This document shows, piece after piece, positions 50,967 through 59,732 of a stretch of 64,000 bases of DNA (position 1 is its first letter; each line of letters starts with the position of its first letter). Source of the stretch: a gamma proteobacterium endosymbiont of Lamellibrachia anaximandri (GTDB lineage Bacteria > Pseudomonadota > Gammaproteobacteria > Chromatiales > Chromatiaceae); the NCBI GenBank assembly GCA_016756835.1, contig JAESPE010000001.1:16732-80731 (forward strand), in the 5' to 3' direction. Both the position numbers and the translations under genes were made by a program. The notes below the pieces were generated by a model. It was not told where the DNA came from. It did no database searches and saw nothing but the letters and a program-made list of their open reading frames with translations.

Positions 50967-51550
50967 GGCGCCAACAACTCGATACCGGCATGCCGCAACA
51001 AATCCGCCGTCTCATACAAGGGTAGCCCCATCACCCCGGAATAGCTGCCGTGCAGTTCGCAAACAAACATGGCGCCCAATCCCTGAATGCCATAACCGCC
51101 CGCCTTATCCCGAGGCTCACCACTGGCCCAATAGGCTGCCGCCTCCTGTGGAGCAATCTGCCGAAAACCAACTTCGCTCCGGCTTAATCTGGCATCTGTA
51201 CGATTCCCGGCCAGTGCCACGCCGGTATAGACATGATGGGTGCGCCCTGAGAGCAGCGCCATCATCTCCAATGAATCCTGCCGATCCCGCGGTTTACCCA
51301 AAATCCGCTCATCCACAACCACTGCGGTATCTGCTGCGAGCACCGGCAGCCGGGAAGACTCCGTCCATAGGCCACTGCCCGCTTGCGCCTTCTCTACCGC
51401 CAGACGCAATACATACGCCTCAGGACTCTCCTGATCACGGGGCGTCTCATCCACTTCGATATCCACTACTGAATAAGAGACCCCAATCTGCGCCAGCAGT
51501 TCAGCGCGCCTGGGTGAGCGGGAGGCAAGGAGGACAACCGGTTCAGTCAC
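50963..51550 (-). CDS. maf: Maf-family nucleoside triphosphate pyrophosphatase
   Basis: LLASRSPRRAELL and KAGGYGIQG motifs. GTG start chosen, because the longer ATG ORF (to 51631) would overlap rlmH by 77 nt. Confidence 0.85.
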   Translation of the reverse strand: MTEPVVLLASRSPRRAELLAQIGVSYSVVDIEVDETPRDQESPEAYVLRLAVEKAQAGSGLWTESSRLPVLAADTAVVVDERILGKPRDRQDSLEMMALLSGRTHHVYTGVALAGNRTDARLSRSEVGFRQIAPQEAAAYWASGEPRDKAGGYGIQGLGAMFVCELHGSYSGVMGLPLYETADLLRHAGIELLAP

Positions 51551-51554
51551 TTTC

Positions 51555-52025
51555 TCAGGCCCGATGATAGGGGTGGTTGCGCAGCAGGCTCCAGGCCCGA
51601 TAGATCTGCTCGGCCACCACAACGCGTACAAGCGGATGCGGCATGGTCAGGGTCGAGAGAGACCAGCGGCCGTCGGCGTGCGCCAGACAATCAGGCGCCA
51701 GCCCCTCAGGACCGCCCACCAACAGCGCCAGATCCCGGCCGTCGCCCATCCAGGCACCCAGCTTTTGGGACAGCTTCTCCGTGCTCCAACTACTGCCCTG
51801 CACATCGAGCGCAATCACCTGACAACCCTTCGGAATCGCCTTCAACATCCGCTCACCCTCATCACGCAGCGTACGCTGTATGTCTGCATTTTTTCCGCGA
51901 TGACCCGGATTTATCTCCACCAGATTCAACCCACACTCCGCCGGCATGCGCCGCGCATACTCCTCGTACCCTTCGACCACCCAGCGTGGCATACGGTTTC
52001 CGACAGAGATGAGATGGATATTCAT
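51555..52025 (-). CDS. rlmH: 23S rRNA (pseudouridine1915-N3)-methyltransferase
   Basis: 156 aa, SPOUT fold. LLVGGPEGL and [17 protein letters not shown]. Confidence 0.93.
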   Translation of the reverse strand: MNIHLISVGNRMPRWVVEGYEEYARRMPAECGLNLVEINPGHRGKNADIQRTLRDEGERMLKAIPKGCQVIALDVQGSSWSTEKLSQKLGAWMGDGRDLALLVGGPEGLAPDCLAHADGRWSLSTLTMPHPLVRVVVAEQIYRAWSLLRNHPYHRA

Positions 52026-52105
52026 TGATGGAACATTCTACGTGATTGCAGTGGGGGAGAAAGAGCAATGCTGAAATTCCCATCCTTTTTTCCGCTACGC
52101 ACTTC

Positions 52106-52205
52106 CACAGCAATCATGGTACGCAGGGCACAGCAATCATGGTACGCAGGGCACAGCAATCATGGTACGCAGGGCACAGCAATCATGGTACGCAGGGCAC
52201 AGCAA
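52106..52205. repeat. 23-bp perfect tandem repeat, about 4.3 copies
   Basis: CACAGCAATCATGGTACGCAGGG starts at 52106, 52129, 52152 and 52175, with a partial copy at 52198. Confidence 0.92.
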
Positions 52206-52243
52206 AAAAAACGGCCTGCAATCTTCCGACTGCAGGCCGTTTT
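52204..52243 (-). terminator. Rho-independent terminator of ugd (bidirectional shape)
   Basis: A8-CGGCCTGCA-10 nt loop-TGCAGGCCG-TTTT. On the minus strand the stem is followed by T8. Confidence 0.8.
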
Positions 52244-52265
52244 CAGCCAGGTCAGCGCCAGAAAG

Positions 52266-53606
52266 TCAGTCAGCCGGATGCGCCGGCGGACGACCTATAG
52301 CCAGATAACTCAATCCCGCCTGAGTGACGGTCTCCGGCTCGAACAGGTTGCGGCCATCGAAGATGACAGGGCTCTTCAACATCGATTGGACAGTGTCGAA
52401 ATCGGGACTGCGGAACTGGGTCCACTCAGTCATGATCACCAAGGCATCGGCACCTTCGAGGGCACCCATGGCGTCTTCAGCATAGACAAGGTCGTCGCGC
52501 TCACCGTAGATGCGCTGCGACTCTTCGACGGCCACCGGATCGAATGCCTGCACTTTCGCACCGGCATCCCAGAGCAGTTCCATCATCACCCGGCTGGAAG
52601 CTGCACGCATATCGTCGGTGTTTGGCTTGAACGCCAACCCCCAAACCGCAAAGGTTTTGCCCTCGAGGTTCCCGTCGAAGTATCTGTTGACCTTGTCGAA
52701 CACCACCCGCTTCTGGGCATGGTTGGCCGCCTCCACCGCATTCAGAATGCGCGGTGTGTAACCGACGCTGAGCGCGGTCTTCTCCAACGCTTGAACATCC
52801 TTGGGGAAGCAGGAGCCGCCATAACCGCAACCAGGGTAGATGAACTGATAACCGATACGCGGATCGGAACCTATACCCACCCGCACATGCTCAATATCCG
52901 CACCCAGGGCATCAGCGATGTTGGAGAGTTCATTCATGAAACTGATCTTGGTGGCCAGCAGCGAGTTGGCCGCATACTTGGTCAACTCCGCAGAACGGAT
53001 GTCCATCACCATCACCCGTTCGTGATTGCGATTGAAAGGTGCGTAGAGTGCACGCAACAGTTCCCCGGTGCGGGGGTTGTCGGTACCCACCACGATGCGG
53101 TCGGGACGCATGAAATCATCGATCGCCGCCCCCTCCTTGAGAAATTCCGGATTGGAGACCACATCGAACTCGATCTCCACGCCCCGCCCGGCCTGCACCT
53201 CGCGCACGGCGGCCGCCACCTTGTCGCCGGTCCCCACGGGTACAGTGGATTTATCGATGATCACCCGGTACTCGGTCATGTGCTCGGCAATACTGCGCGC
53301 CACGGCGGTGACGTACTGCAGATCGGCGGAACCATCCTCGTCCGGCGGCGTACCGACGGCGATGAACTGGAACAGACCGTGTTCGACGCCCACTTTCGGA
53401 TCCAGTGTAAATGTGAGGCGCCCCGCCTCCCGGTTGCGCTGCACCATGGCTTCGAGTCCAGGCTCATAGATCGGGATGCCGCCACTGTTGAGCAGATCAA
53501 TCTTGGCGGAATCAACGTCCACGCACACGACATCGTTGCCCACCTCTGCCAGACAGGCTCCGGTCACCAGACCGACATATCCACTCCCAAAGATCGTGAC
53601 TTTCAT
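52266..53606 (-). CDS. ugd: UDP-glucose 6-dehydrogenase
   Basis: [20 protein letters not shown] and the catalytic-Cys context [10 protein letters not shown]. Confidence 0.93.
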   Translation of the reverse strand: MKVTIFGSGYVGLVTGACLAEVGNDVVCVDVDSAKIDLLNSGGIPIYEPGLEAMVQRNREAGRLTFTLDPKVGVEHGLFQFIAVGTPPDEDGSADLQYVTAVARSIAEHMTEYRVIIDKSTVPVGTGDKVAAAVREVQAGRGVEIEFDVVSNPEFLKEGAAIDDFMRPDRIVVGTDNPRTGELLRALYAPFNRNHERVMVMDIRSAELTKYAANSLLATKISFMNELSNIADALGADIEHVRVGIGSDPRIGYQFIYPGCGYGGSCFPKDVQALEKTALSVGYTPRILNAVEAANHAQKRVVFDKVNRYFDGNLEGKTFAVWGLAFKPNTDDMRAASSRVMMELLWDAGAKVQAFDPVAVEESQRIYGERDDLVYAEDAMGALEGADALVIMTEWTQFRSPDFDTVQSMLKSPVIFDGRNLFEPETVTQAGLSYLAIGRPPAHPAD

Positions 53607-53898
53607 CTACCTTAAGACTCCATTTATCCATTTGTGCGGCACCGGCACCCCCGCAGGGAGCCATGCCTGAAATTTTGCTTACCGCCAGATATCGGTCGGC
53701 ATGCTACCAAACTTGAACCAAATGTTGCACCGACAAGCACCAAATTCCCACATTTTCACTGAATATTGTTACTTTGATCATTTCCGGATCACTGCCAAAA
53801 GCCCCGAAAAAGCCTTTTCTGCAAGACAAACTTGAATTTAACCCCTTGATATAACAAAATTTCGCATTAACCTTTTTCCATGGCCTTCTCACAATTCA

Positions 53899-55167
53899 AT
53901 GACGATACTCGCTCTGGGACTCAATCATAAGACCGCTCCGGTGGAGATCCGGGAGCGGCTCACCTTCGGACCAGACATCATCGTCGGCGCCCTGCGCAAT
54001 CTGAGCGAGCATCCTGCGGTGGACGAAGCGGTGATCCTTTCGACCTGTAACCGCACCGAACTCTACTGCACCATCGACGACGATGCCCAGGCCTCCGTAG
54101 CAGACTGGATCAGCGATTTTCACGGTCTGGAGCAGGGACGGGTCAGCCCCTACCTCTACAGCCACCTCGGCGATGCAGCCGTACAACATCTGTTGCGGGT
54201 CTCCTGCGGACTCGACTCCCTGGTACTCGGCGAACCGCAAATCCTGGGACAGGTAAAATCCGCCTTCCAGACCGCAAATGCTTCCGGCACCACCCGCAAA
54301 CTGCTCTGCCGATTGTTCCAGCACGCCTTCTCCGTCGCCAAACAGATCCGTACCGACACCGCCATCGGCAACAGCCCGGTCTCGGTCGCCTTTGCAGCCG
54401 TCAGTCTGGCAAAACAGATATTCAGCGACCTTTCGGAGCAGACTGCCCTGCTCATCGGCGCCGGCGAAACCATTGAGCTCGCCGCCCGGCACCTGCACCA
54501 GAACGGCATAGGCCACATGATCGTCGCCAACCGAACCGTGGAGAAAGCCCACAATCTGGCGGCCCAGTTCGAAGGTTATGCCATCGCACTGACAGAACTC
54601 AGCGGGCATCTGGCTGAGGCTGACATCGTCATTTCATCTACAGCCAGCCCACTGCCTGTGCTGGGCAAAGGTACCGTGGAGAGCGCACTCAAGGAGCGCA
54701 AGCACAGACCCATCTTCATGGTGGACATCGCGGTACCCCGTGATATCGAGCCAGAAGTATCGGATCTGAGCGACATCTACCTCTACACGGTCGATGACCT
54801 GGATGAGGTCATTCAGGAGAATATGCGCTCCCGCCAGGAAGCGGCAGAGCAGGCGGAAGAGATCATTGAACGCTACGTAGACGAATTTATCGGCTGGCTG
54901 CGTTCCCTCGACGCGGTTGAGCTGATCCAGGACTACCGCAATCAAGGGGAACTGCTGCGGGACGAAGTGCTGAAGAAGGCACTACAGCAGCTCAACAAGG
55001 GCAAATCACCGGAAGAGGCGCTGCAGTTCCTGGCCAGGACGCTCACCAACAAACTGCTCCACACCCCCAGTTCCCAGTTACGCCAAGCCGGTTTCGACGG
55101 CCAGACTGAACTGCTTGAGGCCGCCAATACCCTGTTTCAGCTGAAACAGCTCGACAGCACATCATGA
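53899..55167 (+). CDS. hemA: Glutamyl-tRNA reductase
   Basis: [21 protein letters not shown] and GAGETIEL. Confidence 0.95.
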   Translation: MTILALGLNHKTAPVEIRERLTFGPDIIVGALRNLSEHPAVDEAVILSTCNRTELYCTIDDDAQASVADWISDFHGLEQGRVSPYLYSHLGDAAVQHLLRVSCGLDSLVLGEPQILGQVKSAFQTANASGTTRKLLCRLFQHAFSVAKQIRTDTAIGNSPVSVAFAAVSLAKQIFSDLSEQTALLIGAGETIELAARHLHQNGIGHMIVANRTVEKAHNLAAQFEGYAIALTELSGHLAEADIVISSTASPLPVLGKGTVESALKERKHRPIFMVDIAVPRDIEPEVSDLSDIYLYTVDDLDEVIQENMRSRQEAAEQAEEIIERYVDEFIGWLRSLDAVELIQDYRNQGELLRDEVLKKALQQLNKGKSPEEALQFLARTLTNKLLHTPSSQLRQAGFDGQTELLEAANTLFQLKQLDSTS

Positions 55168-56243
55168 AACCTTCACTGCGCGGCAAGCTGGATCAGATCG
55201 CCGAACGTTTTGAAGAGATCACCGCCCTACTGGCCGAACCGGATACTCAAGGCAAGCAGAATCTATTCCGCGATCTGAGCCGGGAGTACGCCCAACTGGA
55301 GCCGGTGGTCGAAACCTATCGCAGCTACACAACGGCAGAAGAGGATATTGAAGTCGCCCGGGAGATGTTGAACGATCCCGAGATGGCGGAACTGGCCCAA
55401 GAGGAGCTGGAGGGTGCAGAGCAAGCCCGCAATTCACTGGAACCCGAATTGCAGCTGTTGCTGATACCGGCAGATCCAAACGACGGCCGCAATGTCTTTC
55501 TGGAGATCCGCGCCGGCACCGGCGGTGCCGAGGCGGCACTGTTCGCGGGCGATCTGCACCGCATGTATCTTCGCTACGCCGAGACACAGCGCTGGCAGGT
55601 GGAGACCATCAGCGAGAGTCCCGGCGAACACGGTGGCTTCAAAGAGATCATCTGCCGCATCAGCGGCAATGCAGTCTACTCCCGGCTGAAGTTTGAATCC
55701 GGCGCACACCGGGTGCAACGGGTGCCTGAAACCGAATCCCAGGGGCGGGTCCACACCTCCGCCTGCACCGTGGCCATCCTGCCGGAGGCGGAGGCAGTCG
55801 ACGAAGTGGAGATCAACAGCGGCGATCTGCGCATCGACACCTACCGCGCCTCGGGCGCCGGGGGGCAGCACGTCAACAAGACGGATTCGGCGGTGCGTCT
55901 CACCCATCTTCCCACAGGCATAGTGGTGGAGTGCCAGGATGAACGCTCACAGCACAAAAACAAGGCCCGCGCCATGTCTCTGTTGTCGGCAAAACTGCTC
56001 TCCCAGGTCCAGGATGCCGCCGCCAGCGAGCAGGCCAGCGCCCGCAAGCTGCAGGTCGGCAGCGGGGATCGCTCCGAGCGTATCCGCACCTACAATTTTC
56101 CCCAGAACCGGCTTACCGATCACCGCATCAACCTGACCCTCTACAAACTGGACGAGGTGATGACCGGGATACTCGACCAGGTAGTGGATCCGTTACTGCG
56201 CGAACATCAAGCCGAGGCGCTGGCGGCGATGGGTGGTGAATAG
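55164..56243 (+). CDS. prfA: Peptide chain release factor 1
   Basis: PET tripeptide (RVPETE) and GGQ ([16 protein letters not shown]). Confidence 0.97.
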   Translation: MKPSLRGKLDQIAERFEEITALLAEPDTQGKQNLFRDLSREYAQLEPVVETYRSYTTAEEDIEVAREMLNDPEMAELAQEELEGAEQARNSLEPELQLLLIPADPNDGRNVFLEIRAGTGGAEAALFAGDLHRMYLRYAETQRWQVETISESPGEHGGFKEIICRISGNAVYSRLKFESGAHRVQRVPETESQGRVHTSACTVAILPEAEAVDEVEINSGDLRIDTYRASGAGGQHVNKTDSAVRLTHLPTGIVVECQDERSQHKNKARAMSLLSAKLLSQVQDAAASEQASARKLQVGSGDRSERIRTYNFPQNRLTDHRINLTLYKLDEVMTGILDQVVDPLLREHQAEALAAMGGE

Positions 56244-56246
56244 GCT

Positions 56247-56334
56247 GTAGGCCGATTCAAGCACTGCGGAACCGGCGGCGCAGGTTTTCCTTTGGCCCTG
56301 GATTGCCCGATCCGCTACGCTTGATCGAGCCTAC
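56247..56334. repeat. REP doublet (unit A + at 56247-56276, unit B - at 56305-56334)
   Basis: GTAGGCCGATTCAAGCACTGCGGAACCGGC and GCCCGATCCGCTACGCTTGATCGAGCCTAC. Confidence 0.85.
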
Positions 56335-56351
56335 TCTGTCCAACTACTCTG

Positions 56352-57218
56352 ATGCCGAAAAACATCAAACAAGCCCTGGAAGAGGCAGCGTCCAGCCTCA
56401 GCGCACACCCTGATAGCTCCCCCCAACTGGAAGCCGCAGTACTGCTCTGCCATCTGCTCGAAAAACCCCGCAGTCATCTCCACGCCTGGCCTGAAAAAAT
56501 GCTCGACAACGCCCAATATCAAGCCTATCGGACTTTGCTCGAAAGACGCCGCAAGGGTGAACCCATCGCCTATATCACCGGACGGCGGGAGTTCTGGTCC
56601 CTGGAGCTGGAGGTCACACCGGAGACACTGATCCCCCGTCCAGACACAGAACTGCTGGTTGAACTGGCGCTGGCCCACTTGCCGCAGGAGAATCATTACC
56701 GCATTGCCGACCTGGGCACCGGCAGCGGTGCGATCGCCCTGGCAATCGCCAGCGAACGCCCTGACTGCGAGATCCACGCCACTGACCGATCATCCGCAGC
56801 CCTTGCCGTTGCCCGGAAAAATGGTGACAAGCTGGGGTTCAATAACGTGCACTTCCACCTGGGCAGTTGGTTTGAAGCACTGCCTGGCCACGACCGCTTC
56901 AGACTCATCCTAAGCAACCCGCCCTATATTCCCGAGAAAGATCCACACTTGGCCCAAGGCGACCTCTCCAGCGAACCCAGAGAGGCGTTGGCTGCCGGTT
57001 CCGATGGGCTGGATGATATTCGCGTGATCGTCTCTGAAGCCCACAGCTATCTGCATCCCGGCGGCTGGCTGCTGCTGGAGCACGGTTTTGACCAGGCAGC
57101 AGCGGTGCAGGCACTGTTGCTGGAGGCCGGACTGACAGAGGTTCAATCCCATCGCGATCTGGCTGGACACGAAAGGATCACAGAGGGCCGTCTGCCACAT
57201 GAAATAACATCTGCCTGA
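56352..57218 (+). CDS. prmC: Release-factor glutamine N5-methyltransferase
   Basis: DLGTGSGAIALA and the NPPY motif (SNPPYIP). Confidence 0.92.
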   Translation: MPKNIKQALEEAASSLSAHPDSSPQLEAAVLLCHLLEKPRSHLHAWPEKMLDNAQYQAYRTLLERRRKGEPIAYITGRREFWSLELEVTPETLIPRPDTELLVELALAHLPQENHYRIADLGTGSGAIALAIASERPDCEIHATDRSSAALAVARKNGDKLGFNNVHFHLGSWFEALPGHDRFRLILSNPPYIPEKDPHLAQGDLSSEPREALAAGSDGLDDIRVIVSEAHSYLHPGGWLLLEHGFDQAAAVQALLLEAGLTEVQSHRDLAGHERITEGRLPHEITSA

Positions 57219-57301
57219 AAATCCTGAATTTAACGCAGAACAGACAATTCCATGGGTTCTGCCACTTGAAAATTCCCCTACATTAGCTAGGATTGTCGAC
57301 T

Positions 57302-57712
57302 ATGGATATTGATGGTCACGAATTCATCAAACACCGAAGTATTCACTTCGTTGAGTTTCACCCGGATCCGAATCAGGCTCAGACCGCTGCGCTGCTGCTT
57401 GCCGATGTGGAAGGCATAATGCGGGTGGATCCCATCGATGCTCGCCATCTTCAGGTGACTTATCACATCATGGATATCACCCTGGAGCAGATCGAGGTGG
57501 GCCTGACCAGTATGGGACTGCACATCGACAACCGCCTGTTGTACCGGCTGATACGCGCACTGCACTACTACACCGAAGAGAACCAGCGCGCCGTTCGGGG
57601 TTGCACCAAGGGCAATCCCAACTGCACCCGCAACATCTTCGCCAAACGCTATCAGAGCATCGACCACCATTGCCGGGATCACCGCCCCGAGCACTGGCGC
57701 AAATATCTCTAA
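57302..57712 (+). CDS. Hypothetical protein with a Cys/His-rich C-terminus
   Basis: 136 aa from the ATG (a TTG at 57293 is possible). Codon usage resembles the neighbours (ctg/atc/gac/cgc-rich). AGGA lies 9 nt upstream. I recognise no family. Confidence 0.5.
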   Translation: MDIDGHEFIKHRSIHFVEFHPDPNQAQTAALLLADVEGIMRVDPIDARHLQVTYHIMDITLEQIEVGLTSMGLHIDNRLLYRLIRALHYYTEENQRAVRGCTKGNPNCTRNIFAKRYQSIDHHCRDHRPEHWRKYL

Positions 57713-57928
57713 CTTTTCAGCTCACCCCTGATTTGCCCGATTCCGGCGTCAAAAATGCTCATTTACATGTGTAAACTGCGCGTTTTTTCCTTGCACTCGA
57801 ACAAATCAGGGGCAATCTGAACAGTTACATCTTTTTATTGGTTGCCTGTCAGGCAACCAAGTCTAGTATCCTATATTGATTGACGTTTTCGTTAATGAAT
57901 CAGGGCACTGCGTTAGGAACCCACTCCA

Positions 57929-58672
57929 ATGAACGACGAACAACTGCTGCGCTACAGCCGCCAGATCATGCTGCCCTCCATCGGCATCGAGGGACAGCAA
58001 CGGCTACTCGATGCCAGTGTGCTGCTCATCGGTCTTGGTGGACTGGGCGCGCCGGTGGCGATGTATCTTGCAGCCGCCGGGGTCGGACGGCTGACACTTG
58101 TCGATTTCGACCAGGTCGACCTGAGCAACCTGCAGCGCCAGATCATCCACACCACCGACCGTATCGGCACACCAAAGGTTGAATCTGCAAAGCAGGCACT
58201 TACCGCACTCAATCCCGAGATCGAAATCGAGTGCATCGGACATCAGCTTGAAGGGGATGAGCTCTCCGCACAGATCCAGCGTGCAGACCTCGTCGTCGAC
58301 GCCTGCGACAACTTCGCCACCCGCTTCGCCATCAATGCCGCCTGCCACGAGAACAGCACACCACTGGTATCCGGCGCGGCAATCCGCATGGAGGGACAGG
58401 TCAGCGTCTTTCCCGGTAAACCCGGCAGCCCCTGCTACCGCTGCCTCTATCCCGAAAACGGGCAGGTGGAGGACACCTGCACCGCCAACGGCGTACTCGC
58501 GCCTGTTGTCGGCATCATCGGCAGCATCCAGGCCACGGAGGCCATCAAGTGCCTTACCGGCGCCGGATCGACACTCGAGGGACAACTACTGATTCTGGAT
58601 GCGCTGCACATGCAGTGGCGCAGTCTCAAGCTCAAGGCAGACCCGCACTGCCCGGTCTGCGGCACAGGTTAA
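57929..58672 (+). CDS. moeB: Molybdopterin-synthase adenylyltransferase (MoeB/ThiF family)
   Basis: RYSRQIMLP, GLGGLGAP, DLSNLQRQ, and the CxxC pairs (CYRC, CPVC). Confidence 0.9.
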   Translation: MNDEQLLRYSRQIMLPSIGIEGQQRLLDASVLLIGLGGLGAPVAMYLAAAGVGRLTLVDFDQVDLSNLQRQIIHTTDRIGTPKVESAKQALTALNPEIEIECIGHQLEGDELSAQIQRADLVVDACDNFATRFAINAACHENSTPLVSGAAIRMEGQVSVFPGKPGSPCYRCLYPENGQVEDTCTANGVLAPVVGIIGSIQATEAIKCLTGAGSTLEGQLLILDALHMQWRSLKLKADPHCPVCGTG

Positions 58673-58677
58673 GCATT

Positions 58678-59259
58678 TTGCCGCCTATTCTGAACCAAGG
58701 CAGGATCACCCCGCTCCTGCTCTCCTCGCTCTGTTTCCTGATCCTGCTGCTGCCTGATAGCTGGCAACAGGTGCTGCGTTACGAAAATACAGCCATCGGA
58801 AACGGGCAACTCTGGCGCCTGATCACCGCCCACCTGGTACACCTGGGCTGGCCCCATCTGCTACTCAATCTATTGGCCTTCTGGCTCATCCTGGAACTTT
58901 TCTTCCTAGCGGACATCCGGCTGAGATTGCTGCTGCTCACCCTGGGAACCTCGCTGGGGCTTCTGCTCTTCAGCCCGGATGTAGGCTGGTATGCCGGTTT
59001 CTCCGGCGCCCTGCACGGCCTGCTGGCACTGGCACTGCTGGACAGGGCGCTGACATCTCCCCAGTCTTCCGTGATCCTGTTGGTTCTACTGGCGGGCAAG
59101 CTCTTGTGGGAACAACTACAAGGACCGCTACCGGGCAGTGTCTCCCTGACCCAGGGCAGCGTGATCGTCGACGCACACCTTTACGGCGCCATCTCCGGGG
59201 CAGTAATATGGGGCCTGGAGAGAGTGGCTCTCCGATTTAGAAATGAGGATCCTGAGTGA
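58678..59259 (+). CDS. Rhombosortase (rhomboid-family intramembrane serine protease)
   Basis: GQLWRLITAHLVHLGWPHLLLNLL, GFSGALHG (catalytic Ser), and a later His in DAHLYGAISG. No in-frame ATG lies after the moeB stop, so the TTG start is provisional. Confidence 0.78.
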   Translation: MPPILNQGRITPLLLSSLCFLILLLPDSWQQVLRYENTAIGNGQLWRLITAHLVHLGWPHLLLNLLAFWLILELFFLADIRLRLLLLTLGTSLGLLLFSPDVGWYAGFSGALHGLLALALLDRALTSPQSSVILLVLLAGKLLWEQLQGPLPGSVSLTQGSVIVDAHLYGAISGAVIWGLERVALRFRNEDPE

Positions 59260-59642
59260 AACCGATTGCACTCTTGTCAATTTTGCTGTTTGGACTTTTT
59301 GGCTGTCAGGAGATAGATGTTTCCCAGATGTCACCGGAAGAACGAGAAGCGGTCACTTCCCTTGCCTGGCTGAAAAATGCCGATGCGACAAAAGACGCGG
59401 ATACGGCAATCAAACGCGGAGACCACAGGCTGATAGCGATGGCGACCCGCAGTCCTACCCTGCCGGGTGTGCCCGTGGAGTCCTCGTCAAAGGCGAAATC
59501 GGTATGCGGCATTCGCTATCTTGAGGGATCCACCGATGCGGTCGTCAGTGATCTGCATCTGAAACTGCTGCAAGAGGCTCAGAAGTATGCCGAGCAGTTT
59601 AACCACATCATGTTGAAACGCTGCCTGGACCGTTCCAAATAG
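59256..59642 (+). CDS. Hypothetical lipoprotein
   Basis: 128 aa, GTG start overlapping the upstream stop (GTGA). Lipobox LFGC. Confidence 0.6.
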   Translation: MKPIALLSILLFGLFGCQEIDVSQMSPEEREAVTSLAWLKNADATKDADTAIKRGDHRLIAMATRSPTLPGVPVESSSKAKSVCGIRYLEGSTDAVVSDLHLKLLQEAQKYAEQFNHIMLKRCLDRSK

Positions 59643-59651
59643 TGCCCGCAA

Positions 59652-59696
59652 CCCGTAGGAACGGCGCCCTCGCGGCGAGAGCGCCGTTCCTACGGG
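59652..59696. repeat. Long perfect hairpin between convergent genes (GTAG-containing arms)
   Basis: CCCGTAGGAACGGCGC (59652-59667) pairs with GCGCCGTTCCTACGGG (59681-59696). An inner CTCG/CGAG stem is also present. Confidence 0.7.
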
Positions 59697-59732
59697 CAAA
59701 GATCAAAATCCCAAGCGATTGAGGCAGCTGTC

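Noticed and set aside
52106-52205. Possible CRISPR array
   Set aside because: The repeats are directly abutting with no spacers. The unit is only 23 bp, and no cas genes are in the window.
52068-53615. 515-aa ORF on the + strand
   Set aside because: It is antisense to the well-supported ugd gene. Its N-terminus is simply the translated 23-bp tandem repeat. It is a typical GC-rich shadow ORF.
53896-54609. 237-aa ORF antisense to hemA
   Set aside because: It is a shadow ORF. The hemA assignment is secure.
57287-57694. 135-aa ORF antisense to the hypothetical protein at 57302-57712
   Set aside because: The + frame has better codon usage, a plausible ribosome-binding site and the same orientation as its neighbours. 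This rejection is weaker than the others.
57713-57928. Moco riboswitch upstream of moeB
   Set aside because: I could not identify the conserved Moco-motif core by eye. It is reported only as unexplained secondary structure.
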